A stretch of DNA of 62,357 bases, filler included. It is 3 parts of 3 records of this genome, joined end to end, with 100 filler letters (N's around TTAATTAATTAA, not from the genome) between each part and the next. Parts side by side here need not be neighbours in the genome. Positions count along the whole stretch, not along the records: positions 49,112 to 62,357 come from SRR20825006_301; 2 more parts are not named here. One strand, 5' to 3'. Shown piece after piece: positions 52,288 through 61,644 of this stretch. Each line of letters begins with the position of its first letter. The stretch's first letter is position 1. Below the pieces are notes generated by a model. The model was not told where the DNA came from. It worked only from the letters and a program-made list of their open reading frames with translations, and did not search any database. The position numbers and the translations under genes are program-made.

Positions 52288-53898
52288 GCGACCGACTCAG
52301 CCGCCACCGCCGCGGCACTGAATATGCTTTCAGGGCAATCCGATCAACTCTCTTCGATCGCCACGGATGTGGTCGCAAATGGGCATTCGCTGCCATCAAC
52401 CAACGTCGTTGTGCATCGGCCCCCATCCCAAGGTGCCTACCAGGGTGACATGAAGTATGTCGAGGTGGTCACCACGGGCACCTATGGTTCACGGTTCATC
52501 AATTTGTTTGGTGGATTGCGGGAGCATCCGATGGTGACCCGATCGGTCGCCGGGGTCGACTCGGTCAATCCCGGAGCGGCGATCATGATTTTGGATCCCG
52601 ATCCAGCACCGCTGTCGATCGCAGATCTGCCGACGTTGTTGCAGGATTTGGGACATTTGGAACTGAGAAGTCTGGCGGTCAACCAATACGAACTGGGCTC
52701 GATCTTGGACGCGGTTCCGCTGTTGTCAGCCGTGATCGACGGGGTGCTGCAAAAGGAATTGCTGCAATGCACTTTGGATGCGACGACGGATGTGCTTGAT
52801 GAGGTCGCCTCCAACACGTTGACGTTGCACTTGCCTGCCTTGACCGCCGGTTTGGAAATCGAAGGGCTGGGTTGTTTGGAGGTCGATGGATCGGTGCATG
52901 TCAACAACGCGTGGGGCGGCGTCGATGAACGCGGCAGATGTGTTGGCGACGATCCGGGGTATCCGAATGCCGTGGCATGCATGCCATTGTTGTCGACCAC
53001 TCGATTGAAAGCCGAACACATTCGCGTGGTTGGGGGAGTCGATCGGGAGCATCTGTATCTGCCCTTGGACGATGGCGGTCACTGTCCGCTGCAAGCCAAT
53101 CGCGCACCGGTGCCCAATCCACTGGAAAGTTTGCCCTCCCCGTTGATGCTTGGTGCAGTGAGTGGCGTGTCGGCTCCTGAGACGGACATCGTTGGCGTCA
53201 CGTTGTCAGCGAGTGGCGCAGAGGTTGTGCTCGATGAAATCCTGGGTGGACTTTCGTTCTTGTTGAAGCCTGTGTTTGACACGGTGCGGGATCCCATCGA
53301 ACACGTGCTGTGCAACACGACTTACTCGCCGGGCGTGTATCGATCCATGACCGTGATCGCTCCCACGGGAGGCGTGACATTCGAGCCGGGCGTCTATGTG
53401 ATCTGCGGCAAAAACCCGGTCACCGAGATATCGTTGTGCTTGCTGGGGCCGATCCAAGCCGAAGGGGTGCTGTTCTACATCACCGACGAGGCATCGTTCG
53501 ATTCCGATGGCAACTTTGTGGAGGAGACAAGCGGCGACGGGGCGCCGGGTGCTCACGGGGTCACCAACATCTTGCCGAGCGTGGTGATCGCGCCGTTGCT
53601 ACCCGGCGGAAAACTGACGGGATTGAATTCGCCTGGCAACCCGCTCAACGAGATGCTGATTTTTCAACATCCAACCGATCGTCGCCCCATTGTGATGGAG
53701 TGCCAGCAGTTGATTGGCAACAACGCTTTCGCGGGAACGATCTATGCCAAGTGGGGACACGTTCAGTTGGTCGCCGCGTCGGCGGAATTGGACCTCAAGA
53801 TTGCATCGGGAACGGCTCGCGTGGTGACCGTGGGAACAACACGGCTGTCGCCCAAGAATTTGTTTCCGGCAGCCCAGGATGTTTTTCTGGTGGAGTGA
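52255..53898 (+). CDS. TadG/Tad-domain-like protein, apparently lacking its N-terminal TM segment
   Basis: QHATDSAATAAA, VHRPPSQGAY, YVEV, RSVAG, PGVY repeats and GTIYAKWG motifs. Confidence 0.65.
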   Translation: MIATDQWVQQHATDSAATAAALNMLSGQSDQLSSIATDVVANGHSLPSTNVVVHRPPSQGAYQGDMKYVEVVTTGTYGSRFINLFGGLREHPMVTRSVAGVDSVNPGAAIMILDPDPAPLSIADLPTLLQDLGHLELRSLAVNQYELGSILDAVPLLSAVIDGVLQKELLQCTLDATTDVLDEVASNTLTLHLPALTAGLEIEGLGCLEVDGSVHVNNAWGGVDERGRCVGDDPGYPNAVACMPLLSTTRLKAEHIRVVGGVDREHLYLPLDDGGHCPLQANRAPVPNPLESLPSPLMLGAVSGVSAPETDIVGVTLSASGAEVVLDEILGGLSFLLKPVFDTVRDPIEHVLCNTTYSPGVYRSMTVIAPTGGVTFEPGVYVICGKNPVTEISLCLLGPIQAEGVLFYITDEASFDSDGNFVEETSGDGAPGAHGVTNILPSVVIAPLLPGGKLTGLNSPGNPLNEMLIFQHPTDRRPIVMECQQLIGNNAFAGTIYAKWGHVQLVAASAELDLKIASGTARVVTVGTTRLSPKNLFPAAQDVFLVE

Positions 53899-53912
53899 AT
53901 CCGGGGGAAGCA

Positions 53913-53998
53913 GTGGACAGGAACGTCCACCGCACGGGAGAGGCGTGGGGGCAGGCAGGCAAGGACGCCCGCTTCACGCTTCACTCCTCACGATTCAC
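53913..53998. repeat. Two REP-like hairpins plus a 7-bp tandem repeat x4
   Basis: gtggac-aggaac-gtccac-cgcac; gcaggc-aaggac-gcccgc-ttcac; gcttcac gcttcac tcctcac gattcac. Confidence 0.55.
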
Positions 53999-55899
53999 TC
54001 GGGGCGGCGGGAATGTCGGTAGTAGCTTTCCAAACAAAGCGTGGCCATCGACGTTGTGTAGACCGTGCCACCGTAGCCACCCCACAACGTTTGATCCGAC
54101 CAAGACCCATCAGGTTGTTGCGTGGACAGCAATCGTTGTTTGAGCGCCGCGTTCCAGGTTTCCCAGGCGTCGTCCTGCAATTGATGCAGCGCCATCGTGG
54201 CGTAGTACCAGTAGTAATAGTTGTCCGGGCCTTGGCCGGGCAAGTTGGCCAGCAGGACGGACTCGGCTTCGCGAATGGTTGCATCAGGCAGCTTTTGACC
54301 GATCAGCAATCGTGTCGCGAGAGCTTCGGCGGTCATGGTCGGCGAGGTCGGTTCGCCGGGGCGATAGCAGGCTTGGCCGCCCGAACGTCCCCGCCGGACC
54401 GAATCCAGGAAGCGCGCAATGCCATCGGACATGCGACGATTCTGCGGAACGGCACCGGATCGGTCGGCCGAGTCGATCAACAACGCTTGCCAACCAAGTT
54501 GACTGAGGTCGCCCGTGTCGCCTCGGTTGTATCGCCATCCGCCGGTGACGGGATGTTGCATCGAACGGGTGTAGGCGACCGCTCGACGAGTGGCTTCCAT
54601 CGCGGATGGGTCGGCGGTCATTGCAGCGGTTTCTGCGAGAGCCAACCCCGCCATCGCGTGGCTGTAGTGAGCCGCGTAAACGGACGCGTTGCTGGCCAGA
54701 GACCCATCAGTTCGTTGTCGAGACAGCAAGAATGCGAGGCCGCGATAAACGGTGTCTCGATGTTCGCCTTCTTGATGAGTGTGTCCGGAACCAAGCATCG
54801 ATAGCAACGCCAACCCGGTGATCGCGGTTTCCGCGTTGCGACCAGCACCACCACGATGCAGTCCCAGTGGCGCGCGTTCTTGGCCGGCACCAGTTGTCTT
54901 GGGATCCCAGGCTCCGTCGCTGCGTTGTTGCGAGGCGAGGTATTTCAGTGCCGCTTCGACGGCGGCTTCGGTGTCGGCGTTGCCGCCATTTTGAATCAAG
55001 GCTCGTGCTTTGGCGGCACCGGCTCTCGACGCGAAATCTTCGTCGATCGTTCCGGCGGAGGGTTCATCAGGGAGCGACGGCGCCGGGCGAACCGATGCGA
55101 TCTTTGCTGTGGCGTCGTCATCGGTGGAACGAACCGTTTGAGATTCGCCACTTCGAGAAGACGGCGAGGCCATCTCTGGAGATGACTGCTCCATCGTTTC
55201 TTTGGCGGGTTCCTCCACTGGATCCGCGAGTGCCGTTTGCAGCCAATCGTCGATGCTGGAATCAAGAGCGTCGGTCGCCGCCGCTTCGGTATCGACGGAC
55301 TCCGTCGGTGCAGGCTGAGTAGGAATCGCTGCCGACGCAAGTGTCGCCGGCATGGATGGCAATGGGATCTCGACCGCGGGAGGTGCAATGTCGGATTCTG
55401 GTTCGTGATTGGAATCATCGGTGGCGAGCGGTTCGGACGAGTCCATTTCCACTTCGCGTTCAGGAATCAGTGGCTCGGGCAACTTCAGCGCGGCCAAAGG
55501 CGATGATTCGATGGGGGCCTCGGAGGAATCCTGCAGCGTTTCCAGCATCTCGGGATCGAACATCGACACGGCGATATCGGCCGCACCGGCGTCAGCGACA
55601 GACTCTGAAGCCGGCCCGCCACCGGACCAAAACACTGACAGTTTGGGTACATAGACGATCAGCACACCGTGCAACGCAACCGACAGAATCAAGCAGACAA
55701 TCGCGGCACCGCGTCCGCTGGTTTTGCGGCGGCGAAACAGCACGATCGTAATGACAAGAAACGTCACCGCGACCAGGGCGACACCACGAACGATGTTGGG
55801 GTCGGCCCAGAGAGTTTCCAGGTTGTTCCACGAAGCGACCGACGGCGTTTCAGAAACGCCTGCTACCGGAATCATCGGCGTGGTCGAGACATTTGGCAT
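53995..55899 (-). CDS. Membrane-anchored prenyltransferase/squalene-cyclase-repeat protein with a TonB-like N-terminus
   Basis: Two TM helices, the second containing SVALH; Pro/acidic linker; QW-like repeats QQRSDGAW, RQRTDGS, QHPVTGGWRY and QQPDGSW. Confidence 0.8.
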   Translation of the reverse strand: MPNVSTTPMIPVAGVSETPSVASWNNLETLWADPNIVRGVALVAVTFLVITIVLFRRRKTSGRGAAIVCLILSVALHGVLIVYVPKLSVFWSGGGPASESVADAGAADIAVSMFDPEMLETLQDSSEAPIESSPLAALKLPEPLIPEREVEMDSSEPLATDDSNHEPESDIAPPAVEIPLPSMPATLASAAIPTQPAPTESVDTEAAATDALDSSIDDWLQTALADPVEEPAKETMEQSSPEMASPSSRSGESQTVRSTDDDATAKIASVRPAPSLPDEPSAGTIDEDFASRAGAAKARALIQNGGNADTEAAVEAALKYLASQQRSDGAWDPKTTGAGQERAPLGLHRGGAGRNAETAITGLALLSMLGSGHTHQEGEHRDTVYRGLAFLLSRQRTDGSLASNASVYAAHYSHAMAGLALAETAAMTADPSAMEATRRAVAYTRSMQHPVTGGWRYNRGDTGDLSQLGWQALLIDSADRSGAVPQNRRMSDGIARFLDSVRRGRSGGQACYRPGEPTSPTMTAEALATRLLIGQKLPDATIREAESVLLANLPGQGPDNYYYWYYATMALHQLQDDAWETWNAALKQRLLSTQQPDGSWSDQTLWGGYGGTVYTTSMATLCLESYYRHSRRPE

Positions 55900-55917
55900 A
55901 TGCGAAACGGAAAAGGG

Positions 55918-56316
55918 TTAGCGTCGTTCGCTGACGCCCATTTTTTGCACGCCGGCGAGCTCAATCTGACGCATGACTTGCACAACGTGATGCAGCGAAC
56001 TGTCGCTGTCGCCACGCACGCTGACTTGCAGTCCGGGATAAACCGAACGTTGTTGCTTCAAAGTTTCGGTGAGTTGATCGGATGACATCGGGATGCCATC
56101 CAGTAGGAGCGAACCATCGCTGCGAACTTCCACGATGCGTTGGTCAGGCGTACGAGCCAACGACTGCATGTCGGCCGATGCCACGTTGACTTGCACGCCG
56201 CTGTCGTTGGAATCCATTTTGCTACTGACCATGAAGAAGATCACCAGCAAGAACACCACATCGATCATCGGTGTCAGGTTGATCGTCGCGTCTTCGGTTC
56301 CGCGATTGCGTTTCAT
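55918..56316 (-). CDS. exbD: ExbD/TolR family protein
   Basis: INLTPMIDVVFLLVIFFMV and VRGD motifs. Confidence 0.93.
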   Translation of the reverse strand: MKRNRGTEDATINLTPMIDVVFLLVIFFMVSSKMDSNDSGVQVNVASADMQSLARTPDQRIVEVRSDGSLLLDGIPMSSDQLTETLKQQRSVYPGLQVSVRGDSDSSLHHVVQVMRQIELAGVQKMGVSERR

Positions 56317-57371
56317 CAGGCTGCCCGTCGTTTACGAGGAGCCTTTGCCGTGCCCGCGTTCTCCAGTCCTTCGGCGGAGATGCAATCGATCACTCGTTGG
56401 CAGAGCTTGTCGATCTCTCCAAGGTAACCATCGGATTTGGCACCGAAGTACATGTAGGCCAGATACGCTGGAATCGCCACGCTCAGCCCGCCAGCGGTGG
56501 TCATCAGCGCGGTGCTGATTCCCGAGGCCAGCAAATCGCTTTCGCCGGCACTGGGATCCGCGATGGTTTCAAAAGCTTGAATCATTCCCAAAACGGTGCC
56601 CAACAACCCGATCAGCGGTGTCACATTGCTGATCGCATGGAAGACTCGCAAGAATCGTCGCAACGAATCGCCGACACGATCACCCGCGTCAATCACGGCT
56701 TGTTCGATTTCCAACATCGGACGCCCCCAGCGACGAACCGCGGCATGAAAGACTTCCGCGACGGGGCAATCGAACTCGTCACAAATTGAGGTGGCTTCTT
56801 CGTAGCTGAGTTGTCCGTCTTCGACACACTCGGTGAAGCGTCGAACAAACGGTTTGGGGATCACACGGCTGCGACGCAGCGAGATCAATCGTTCCATCGA
56901 AAGTCCTAAGACGATCAGCGAGCAAATCGCGAGCGGGATCATCAGCATGCCGCCCTCGGCAATCTTGCTGATGAAGGCGGGCGGTTCCCAAGCGGCTTCG
57001 GACTCAGCGGACGGATCGCCTTCTCCGGCAAGTTGATCGGTTGCGGGGGCTTCCGGGATCGACATCCCACCGGTGTTGCGAGTTGCGATTTGAGCGACCG
57101 GTTCGGACGCACCGTATTGCCCGCCACCAAAGTTGTTTTGATTTCCGGCGGCGCCGTATGGATCGTTGTAGTTGTTACTGAAGCCGTTGTTTGTTCGTGG
57201 TTGGCTGTAGCCTTGGTTGCTAAAGTTTTGAGCGATGGCCGATGCGTGCCAGTTCGACCAAATCGACAACCCAACCGTTAGAACGACGACCGGTAAAAAT
57301 CGCGACGCGACCGCAAGCGTTGGACGCAAGCGGTTGGCGTTGGGACGAGTCTTGTCTCGATGTGAATTCAT
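56316..57371 (-). CDS. exbB: ExbB/TolQ/MotA family protein with N-terminal extension
   Basis: GG.LMIPL, PLIGLLGTVLGMI and GISTALMTTAGGLSVAIPA motifs. Confidence 0.93.
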   Translation of the reverse strand: MNSHRDKTRPNANRLRPTLAVASRFLPVVVLTVGLSIWSNWHASAIAQNFSNQGYSQPRTNNGFSNNYNDPYGAAGNQNNFGGGQYGASEPVAQIATRNTGGMSIPEAPATDQLAGEGDPSAESEAAWEPPAFISKIAEGGMLMIPLAICSLIVLGLSMERLISLRRSRVIPKPFVRRFTECVEDGQLSYEEATSICDEFDCPVAEVFHAAVRRWGRPMLEIEQAVIDAGDRVGDSLRRFLRVFHAISNVTPLIGLLGTVLGMIQAFETIADPSAGESDLLASGISTALMTTAGGLSVAIPAYLAYMYFGAKSDGYLGEIDKLCQRVIDCISAEGLENAGTAKAPRKRRAA

Positions 57372-59311
57372 CGTCGAAGTGGGGATTCAGAGGAGGCGTC
57401 CGGTGACAACGCGGCCAATCGGCGGCGGGCTCCGTTCGCATGTTGGCTGTTCGCAAAGCGACGCACCAAGGTGGAATAGCAGACAGCGGCCTCGCGTGTC
57501 CGCCCCAATTGTTCAAACGACTTGCCGGCTTGCACCAATGCCGCGGCGGTCCATTGGCCTTCGCCGCTGATGCCCTCGACTAATCGGTACGCGTTAATCG
57601 CTTCGCCGAATCGTTCTTGTATGTAATAAGTTTCGCCGATCATCCATTGGGCTCGACCGCGAGCGTCCTCGTCAGCTGATCCGAGTCTCACAACGCTTTC
57701 GAGCAGCGAACGTCCGCGATCGAAATTCAGTTGTCGCACCTCCACGTCGGCGGCCAACAAATTCACCAGGGCCGATTGCGGTGATGTCGGTGAGATCGCG
57801 GCTCGAGCAGCGGCGATTCGTTGTGCGGCTTCCGTGATCGATCCGGATGAGGATGCCGTTTCTGCAAGTCGAAGAAGGGTCGGGAAGTCGTCGGCCCCGC
57901 CTTCGTCCACAATGCGTTGCCACCATTTCAAGGATGACTTGGCGTCACCGGTTTGAAGCAATGCTTCGGCAAACAAACGTTCGACGTGCAAGTTGCGTCC
58001 ACGAAGTTCAGCGGTTTGATCGTTGCCATCGAAGAAGGACTCTTCGTCTTTGGCCGCCATCGCAAGAATCGACCAGTTCGATGTGCGCCCGGCCCAACGA
58101 CACGCCGATTCGCGAACGCCGGCGGTAATGATCGGTTCGGCGTCTTGGCCGGTGTTGAGTTGGTGCGGAGCAACGGGCGAAATCCAGCGCATTGCAATGC
58201 GTTGGGCGTCGGCATCGAGGTCGTTGCTGGTCAGTTGTTCCAGGATCGCCGCGGTCATGTCGCCGGTTTGATCTCGCGTGGCGATGGCACTCGCATAAAT
58301 TGATTCCGCGTTGGCGTCGTTTTTATGAGCGGACACCAACAAACCAATCGCGGCAGGTTTCAGCGTGGAGGTGAACTGAGGCGACGCGATTAGCTTTTTC
58401 GCGTGAGTGATCAAGTGATCGGCCAGCGGACCATCGCAAGGTTCCAGCGGATGGTTGCCGCAGTGCGACACGATGGCTTGCAGGCACGCACTGGAGTCCG
58501 CGTGTTGTGTGAGCAATCGCTCGAGTGTTTGGTCGGCTGATTTCGATTGACCCGTTCGAAATTGACACGACATCTGCATCAACAACGCGGAAGGCACGTC
58601 GGCGTGTTCCGAATGATGTTTTAAGAATTGATCGATCGCTGTCAGAGCGGCTTGGTCGTCTTCGCCAGACATGGCTGTGCACCACGCCAATCCCAATCTT
58701 GCCGTCGCCAGTTGAGGGCTATCGCCGCTGTCGATGACCATGTTGTAGGTCGATTGAGCCAATTCGAGTTGACCGTCGTCCAACAATCCCGATGCGACAG
58801 TCATGCATGTCGCCGTCCATTCAGGGCTGGTCACGCCGAGTTGGCTGACCTCACCAAGCCAACGATGGGCGTCGGTGGGACGGCCGGACCGTGACAATCC
58901 GTTGGCTGCGCTTAGCAACAGGTTGGCCGTTTGTTCGGCGCTCAGTGAGTTTGGATCGTTTTCTCGCAACCGCATCACGGCATAGGCGGCCATGTCGTGC
59001 ACATCGGCGGCGTTTTCAACTTGGTTGCCGCTCGCATCCAACCGGCGAGCCAGTTGAACCAAAGCGGCGATGGATCGAATCGATGAACCATCATTGGCCG
59101 CGATCTTGCGAGCCGTCGCGATCGCGTCGTCCCACTTGGCACCGTGCGTTTGTTGCAACAGTTGGCCGGTTGCAGCAGCGAGTTCCGAATCGTTCGCGGT
59201 CGCAAACCTCGGGGCCAGCCATGCAAGCAGCACGCAAACTAACCCGATGGATTTCCAACGAGCGGTTGTTTGGCGAAGGGAATGTTTCGACTGGTTTTGA
59301 GTCACAGTCAT
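57368..59311 (-). CDS. Exported TPR protein with a CpoB/YbgF-like C-terminal TPR
   Basis: Signal peptide; AQWMIGETYY..ERF.EA..AY and ALVQAGKSFEQLG...EA...Y..LV.RF..S..A..ARRRL; start placed at MTVTQ. Confidence 0.8.
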   Translation of the reverse strand: MTVTQNQSKHSLRQTTARWKSIGLVCVLLAWLAPRFATANDSELAAATGQLLQQTHGAKWDDAIATARKIAANDGSSIRSIAALVQLARRLDASGNQVENAADVHDMAAYAVMRLRENDPNSLSAEQTANLLLSAANGLSRSGRPTDAHRWLGEVSQLGVTSPEWTATCMTVASGLLDDGQLELAQSTYNMVIDSGDSPQLATARLGLAWCTAMSGEDDQAALTAIDQFLKHHSEHADVPSALLMQMSCQFRTGQSKSADQTLERLLTQHADSSACLQAIVSHCGNHPLEPCDGPLADHLITHAKKLIASPQFTSTLKPAAIGLLVSAHKNDANAESIYASAIATRDQTGDMTAAILEQLTSNDLDADAQRIAMRWISPVAPHQLNTGQDAEPIITAGVRESACRWAGRTSNWSILAMAAKDEESFFDGNDQTAELRGRNLHVERLFAEALLQTGDAKSSLKWWQRIVDEGGADDFPTLLRLAETASSSGSITEAAQRIAAARAAISPTSPQSALVNLLAADVEVRQLNFDRGRSLLESVVRLGSADEDARGRAQWMIGETYYIQERFGEAINAYRLVEGISGEGQWTAAALVQAGKSFEQLGRTREAAVCYSTLVRRFANSQHANGARRRLAALSPDASSESPLRR

Positions 59312-59427
59312 GGCTGAATCGAAGAGTCGTGATGAGGGATTCAGAGAGCCGTGTTCCATGAAGAGCGGGCGAGTGTCCGAAAGTCGTCTGACCCTGGAGA
59401 CTCGCCCGTTCGAAATGAGTGATTGGA

Positions 59428-60588
59428 TCAAGCCGCCGCGCGGTTGGCTTGTTGAAAGAACGATGCCACCGAGTCGACGACGCGAATTTGTTCCGCTTCG
59501 GTCAACGATGGGAAGATCGGCAAGTTCAACACTTCGGCACTGGCCGCTTCGGTGTGCTTCAAACCGTCGTGACGGAATGGAACATCTTGGAAGCATTCTT
59601 GTTGGTGCATTGGAACCGGATAGTAGATTTCCGATCCGATCTTGCGTTCGGACAAGTGGGCTCGCAGTGCGTCGCGTCGACCGCCGGGAACTCGCAGCGT
59701 GTATTGGTTCCAAACGTGTCGAGCATTGCTGTCGTGGTATGGCGTGCCGAGTTGGTCATCGCCAACCAAACCGGCTTCGGTCAACAATCGGGTGTAGCGA
59801 TTCGCGTTGATCGTGCGAGCTTCCACGGCGGCATCAAGGTGACGCAATTTGACGCGGAGCACGGCGGCTTGGAACGTGTCCAGTCGGCTATTGATGCCAA
59901 CGACTTGGTGGTAGTAACGCGGTCGCATCCCGTGACCGGCGAACAATCGCAGACGATCAGCAAAACCAGCGTCGGTGGCGGTCAAGATTCCGCCGTCGCC
60001 CATTCCGCCCAGGTTTTTGGTCGGATAAAAGCTGAAGCAACCTGCCGTTCCCCAATTGCCAGCCGGGCGATCTTTGTACGCCGCACCGATGGCTTGGGCA
60101 GCATCTTCGATGACGGGAATGTCATGCTCGGATGCAATTTCACAAATTCGATCGATTTGGGCACATTGGCCGAACAAGTGAACCGGAATAATCGCGGCTG
60201 TCTTTTCGGTGATCAGTGACGCGATCGATTCAGGATCGACGTTGTATGTGTCGGGGCAAATGTCCGCAAAGACGGGAGTCGCACCCAAGCGGGTGATGCA
60301 GCTGACCGACGCAAAGAAGGTGAAGCTCGGCACGATGACTTCGTCGCCCGCTTTGATGTCCAATGCCATCAAAGCCAACAGCAACGCGTCACTTCCGGAC
60401 GCACAACCGACCGCGTTGGGCGTTTGGGTGTAGGCGGCGACTTCGTTTTCCAATTCGGTCACGTCCGGACCAAACAGGAAACGTCCACTGTCGAGCACTT
60501 CGGTGAGTGCTTCGAGGAATTCGTCGCGGTGCGGGGCGTTGTCGCGATTGACATCCAACAGAGGGACGCCGGGGGTGCTATCAGTCAT
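59428..60588 (-). CDS. DegT/DnrJ/EryC1/StrS PLP aminotransferase
   Basis: SGSDALLLAL, PVHLFGQ, EDAAQAIG, SFYPTKNLG and NSRLD motifs. Confidence 0.95.
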   Translation of the reverse strand: MTDSTPGVPLLDVNRDNAPHRDEFLEALTEVLDSGRFLFGPDVTELENEVAAYTQTPNAVGCASGSDALLLALMALDIKAGDEVIVPSFTFFASVSCITRLGATPVFADICPDTYNVDPESIASLITEKTAAIIPVHLFGQCAQIDRICEIASEHDIPVIEDAAQAIGAAYKDRPAGNWGTAGCFSFYPTKNLGGMGDGGILTATDAGFADRLRLFAGHGMRPRYYHQVVGINSRLDTFQAAVLRVKLRHLDAAVEARTINANRYTRLLTEAGLVGDDQLGTPYHDSNARHVWNQYTLRVPGGRRDALRAHLSERKIGSEIYYPVPMHQQECFQDVPFRHDGLKHTEAASAEVLNLPIFPSLTEAEQIRVVDSVASFFQQANRAAA

Positions 60589-60763
60589 GGCGAGACTCAT
60601 CCGTGAAATATATGCGGGATAGTCGAAAGTCCATTTTCGACCGTGTTGACGCACTGACGCGTTCAAACACTTCTGCTTCAATACGAGGCGTCACAGTAAA
60701 ACGTCAAGACCGAACCAGCGAAGACGCACTCCAAGATCCTCCCCACAATTTCACGAAAACCAC

Positions 60764-61561
60764 ATGGCGAAGAACAAAAAAGCCAGAATCCCACACAAAT
60801 TCCTGCCTTGGATCGCAATCCGAAAACAATACAGCCTGACCCACGCCGAAGTCCAAATGGCTCGGGAATTGGGTTTGGAGCCACGCAGATTCCCTAGCTA
60901 CGCGAATATCAAGGACCAACCTTGGAAAAAGCCGCTCAAAGAATTCATCGCTGAGCTGTACCTGAAACAAACCGGCAAAGAACAACCCGAAACGGTCTAC
61001 TCGATGGAGGACCTGGCGGCTCAACATGTGGCTCGTCGATTGGCGAAAAAACAAGCCAAACTCGAACGCCTCGCATCGGAAGGGCCCGAGGACGAACCTG
61101 ACGAAACCGTCTGGCCAAACGCCGAGTCGACCGAAACAGCAGCGGAAACCGCCGAATCAGAAGCGATTCCCACAGCCGAAGCCATCGCCCAGCCCATCGC
61201 CCAGCCCGTCGCTGAGGCAACGCCTCCGGTCGCCGAACCCGAGCAACCTGCACACGTTCCAGAGCACATTGAAGTCGAAACATCGACAACCGAAACGGAG
61301 CTGGAGACACCCGAGCCAAATCCCGAGGCACAACCGCAGGCACCCGCCGCTGACGTGGTTGTTGCGGATCCCGAAGCGGTAGCGGATCCTGAGCCGGTTG
61401 CGGCGAAACCCGATCCTGAACCCACTGCCCAACCCGTGCCGAAGGAAGCTCCGCCGGCGAAACCTGCCAGTCCGTGGGAGGCGGCCAGAGCTCGATTGAA
61501 TGCGAAATCGGAAGCGAATCCCGACGATCCGGATTTGACATCGGGCCCCGCGGCGACTTAG
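60764..61561 (+). CDS. Hypothetical protein: basic helical N-domain plus Pro/Glu/Ala-rich tail
   Basis: QMARELGLEP...QPWKKPLKEFI.ELY domain followed by a low-complexity acidic region. Confidence 0.75.
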   Translation: MAKNKKARIPHKFLPWIAIRKQYSLTHAEVQMARELGLEPRRFPSYANIKDQPWKKPLKEFIAELYLKQTGKEQPETVYSMEDLAAQHVARRLAKKQAKLERLASEGPEDEPDETVWPNAESTETAAETAESEAIPTAEAIAQPIAQPVAEATPPVAEPEQPAHVPEHIEVETSTTETELETPEPNPEAQPQAPAADVVVADPEAVADPEPVAAKPDPEPTAQPVPKEAPPAKPASPWEAARARLNAKSEANPDDPDLTSGPAAT

Positions 61562-61644
61562 CCTGATGGTTTGCAAACTGCGTCAATTCACCGCCACGCA
61601 CCTTTTCGCGGCGGTCACTGCCCTTGATTGGAAAGAGTTAAACG

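Noticed and set aside
53995-55899. Bona fide squalene-hopene cyclase
   Set aside because: Only a single barrel, no DxDD protonation motif, and a TonB-like N-terminus.
59312-59713. N-terminal extension of the TPR ORF given in the track
   Set aside because: It overlaps the degT gene; a signal peptide follows the ATG at 59311.
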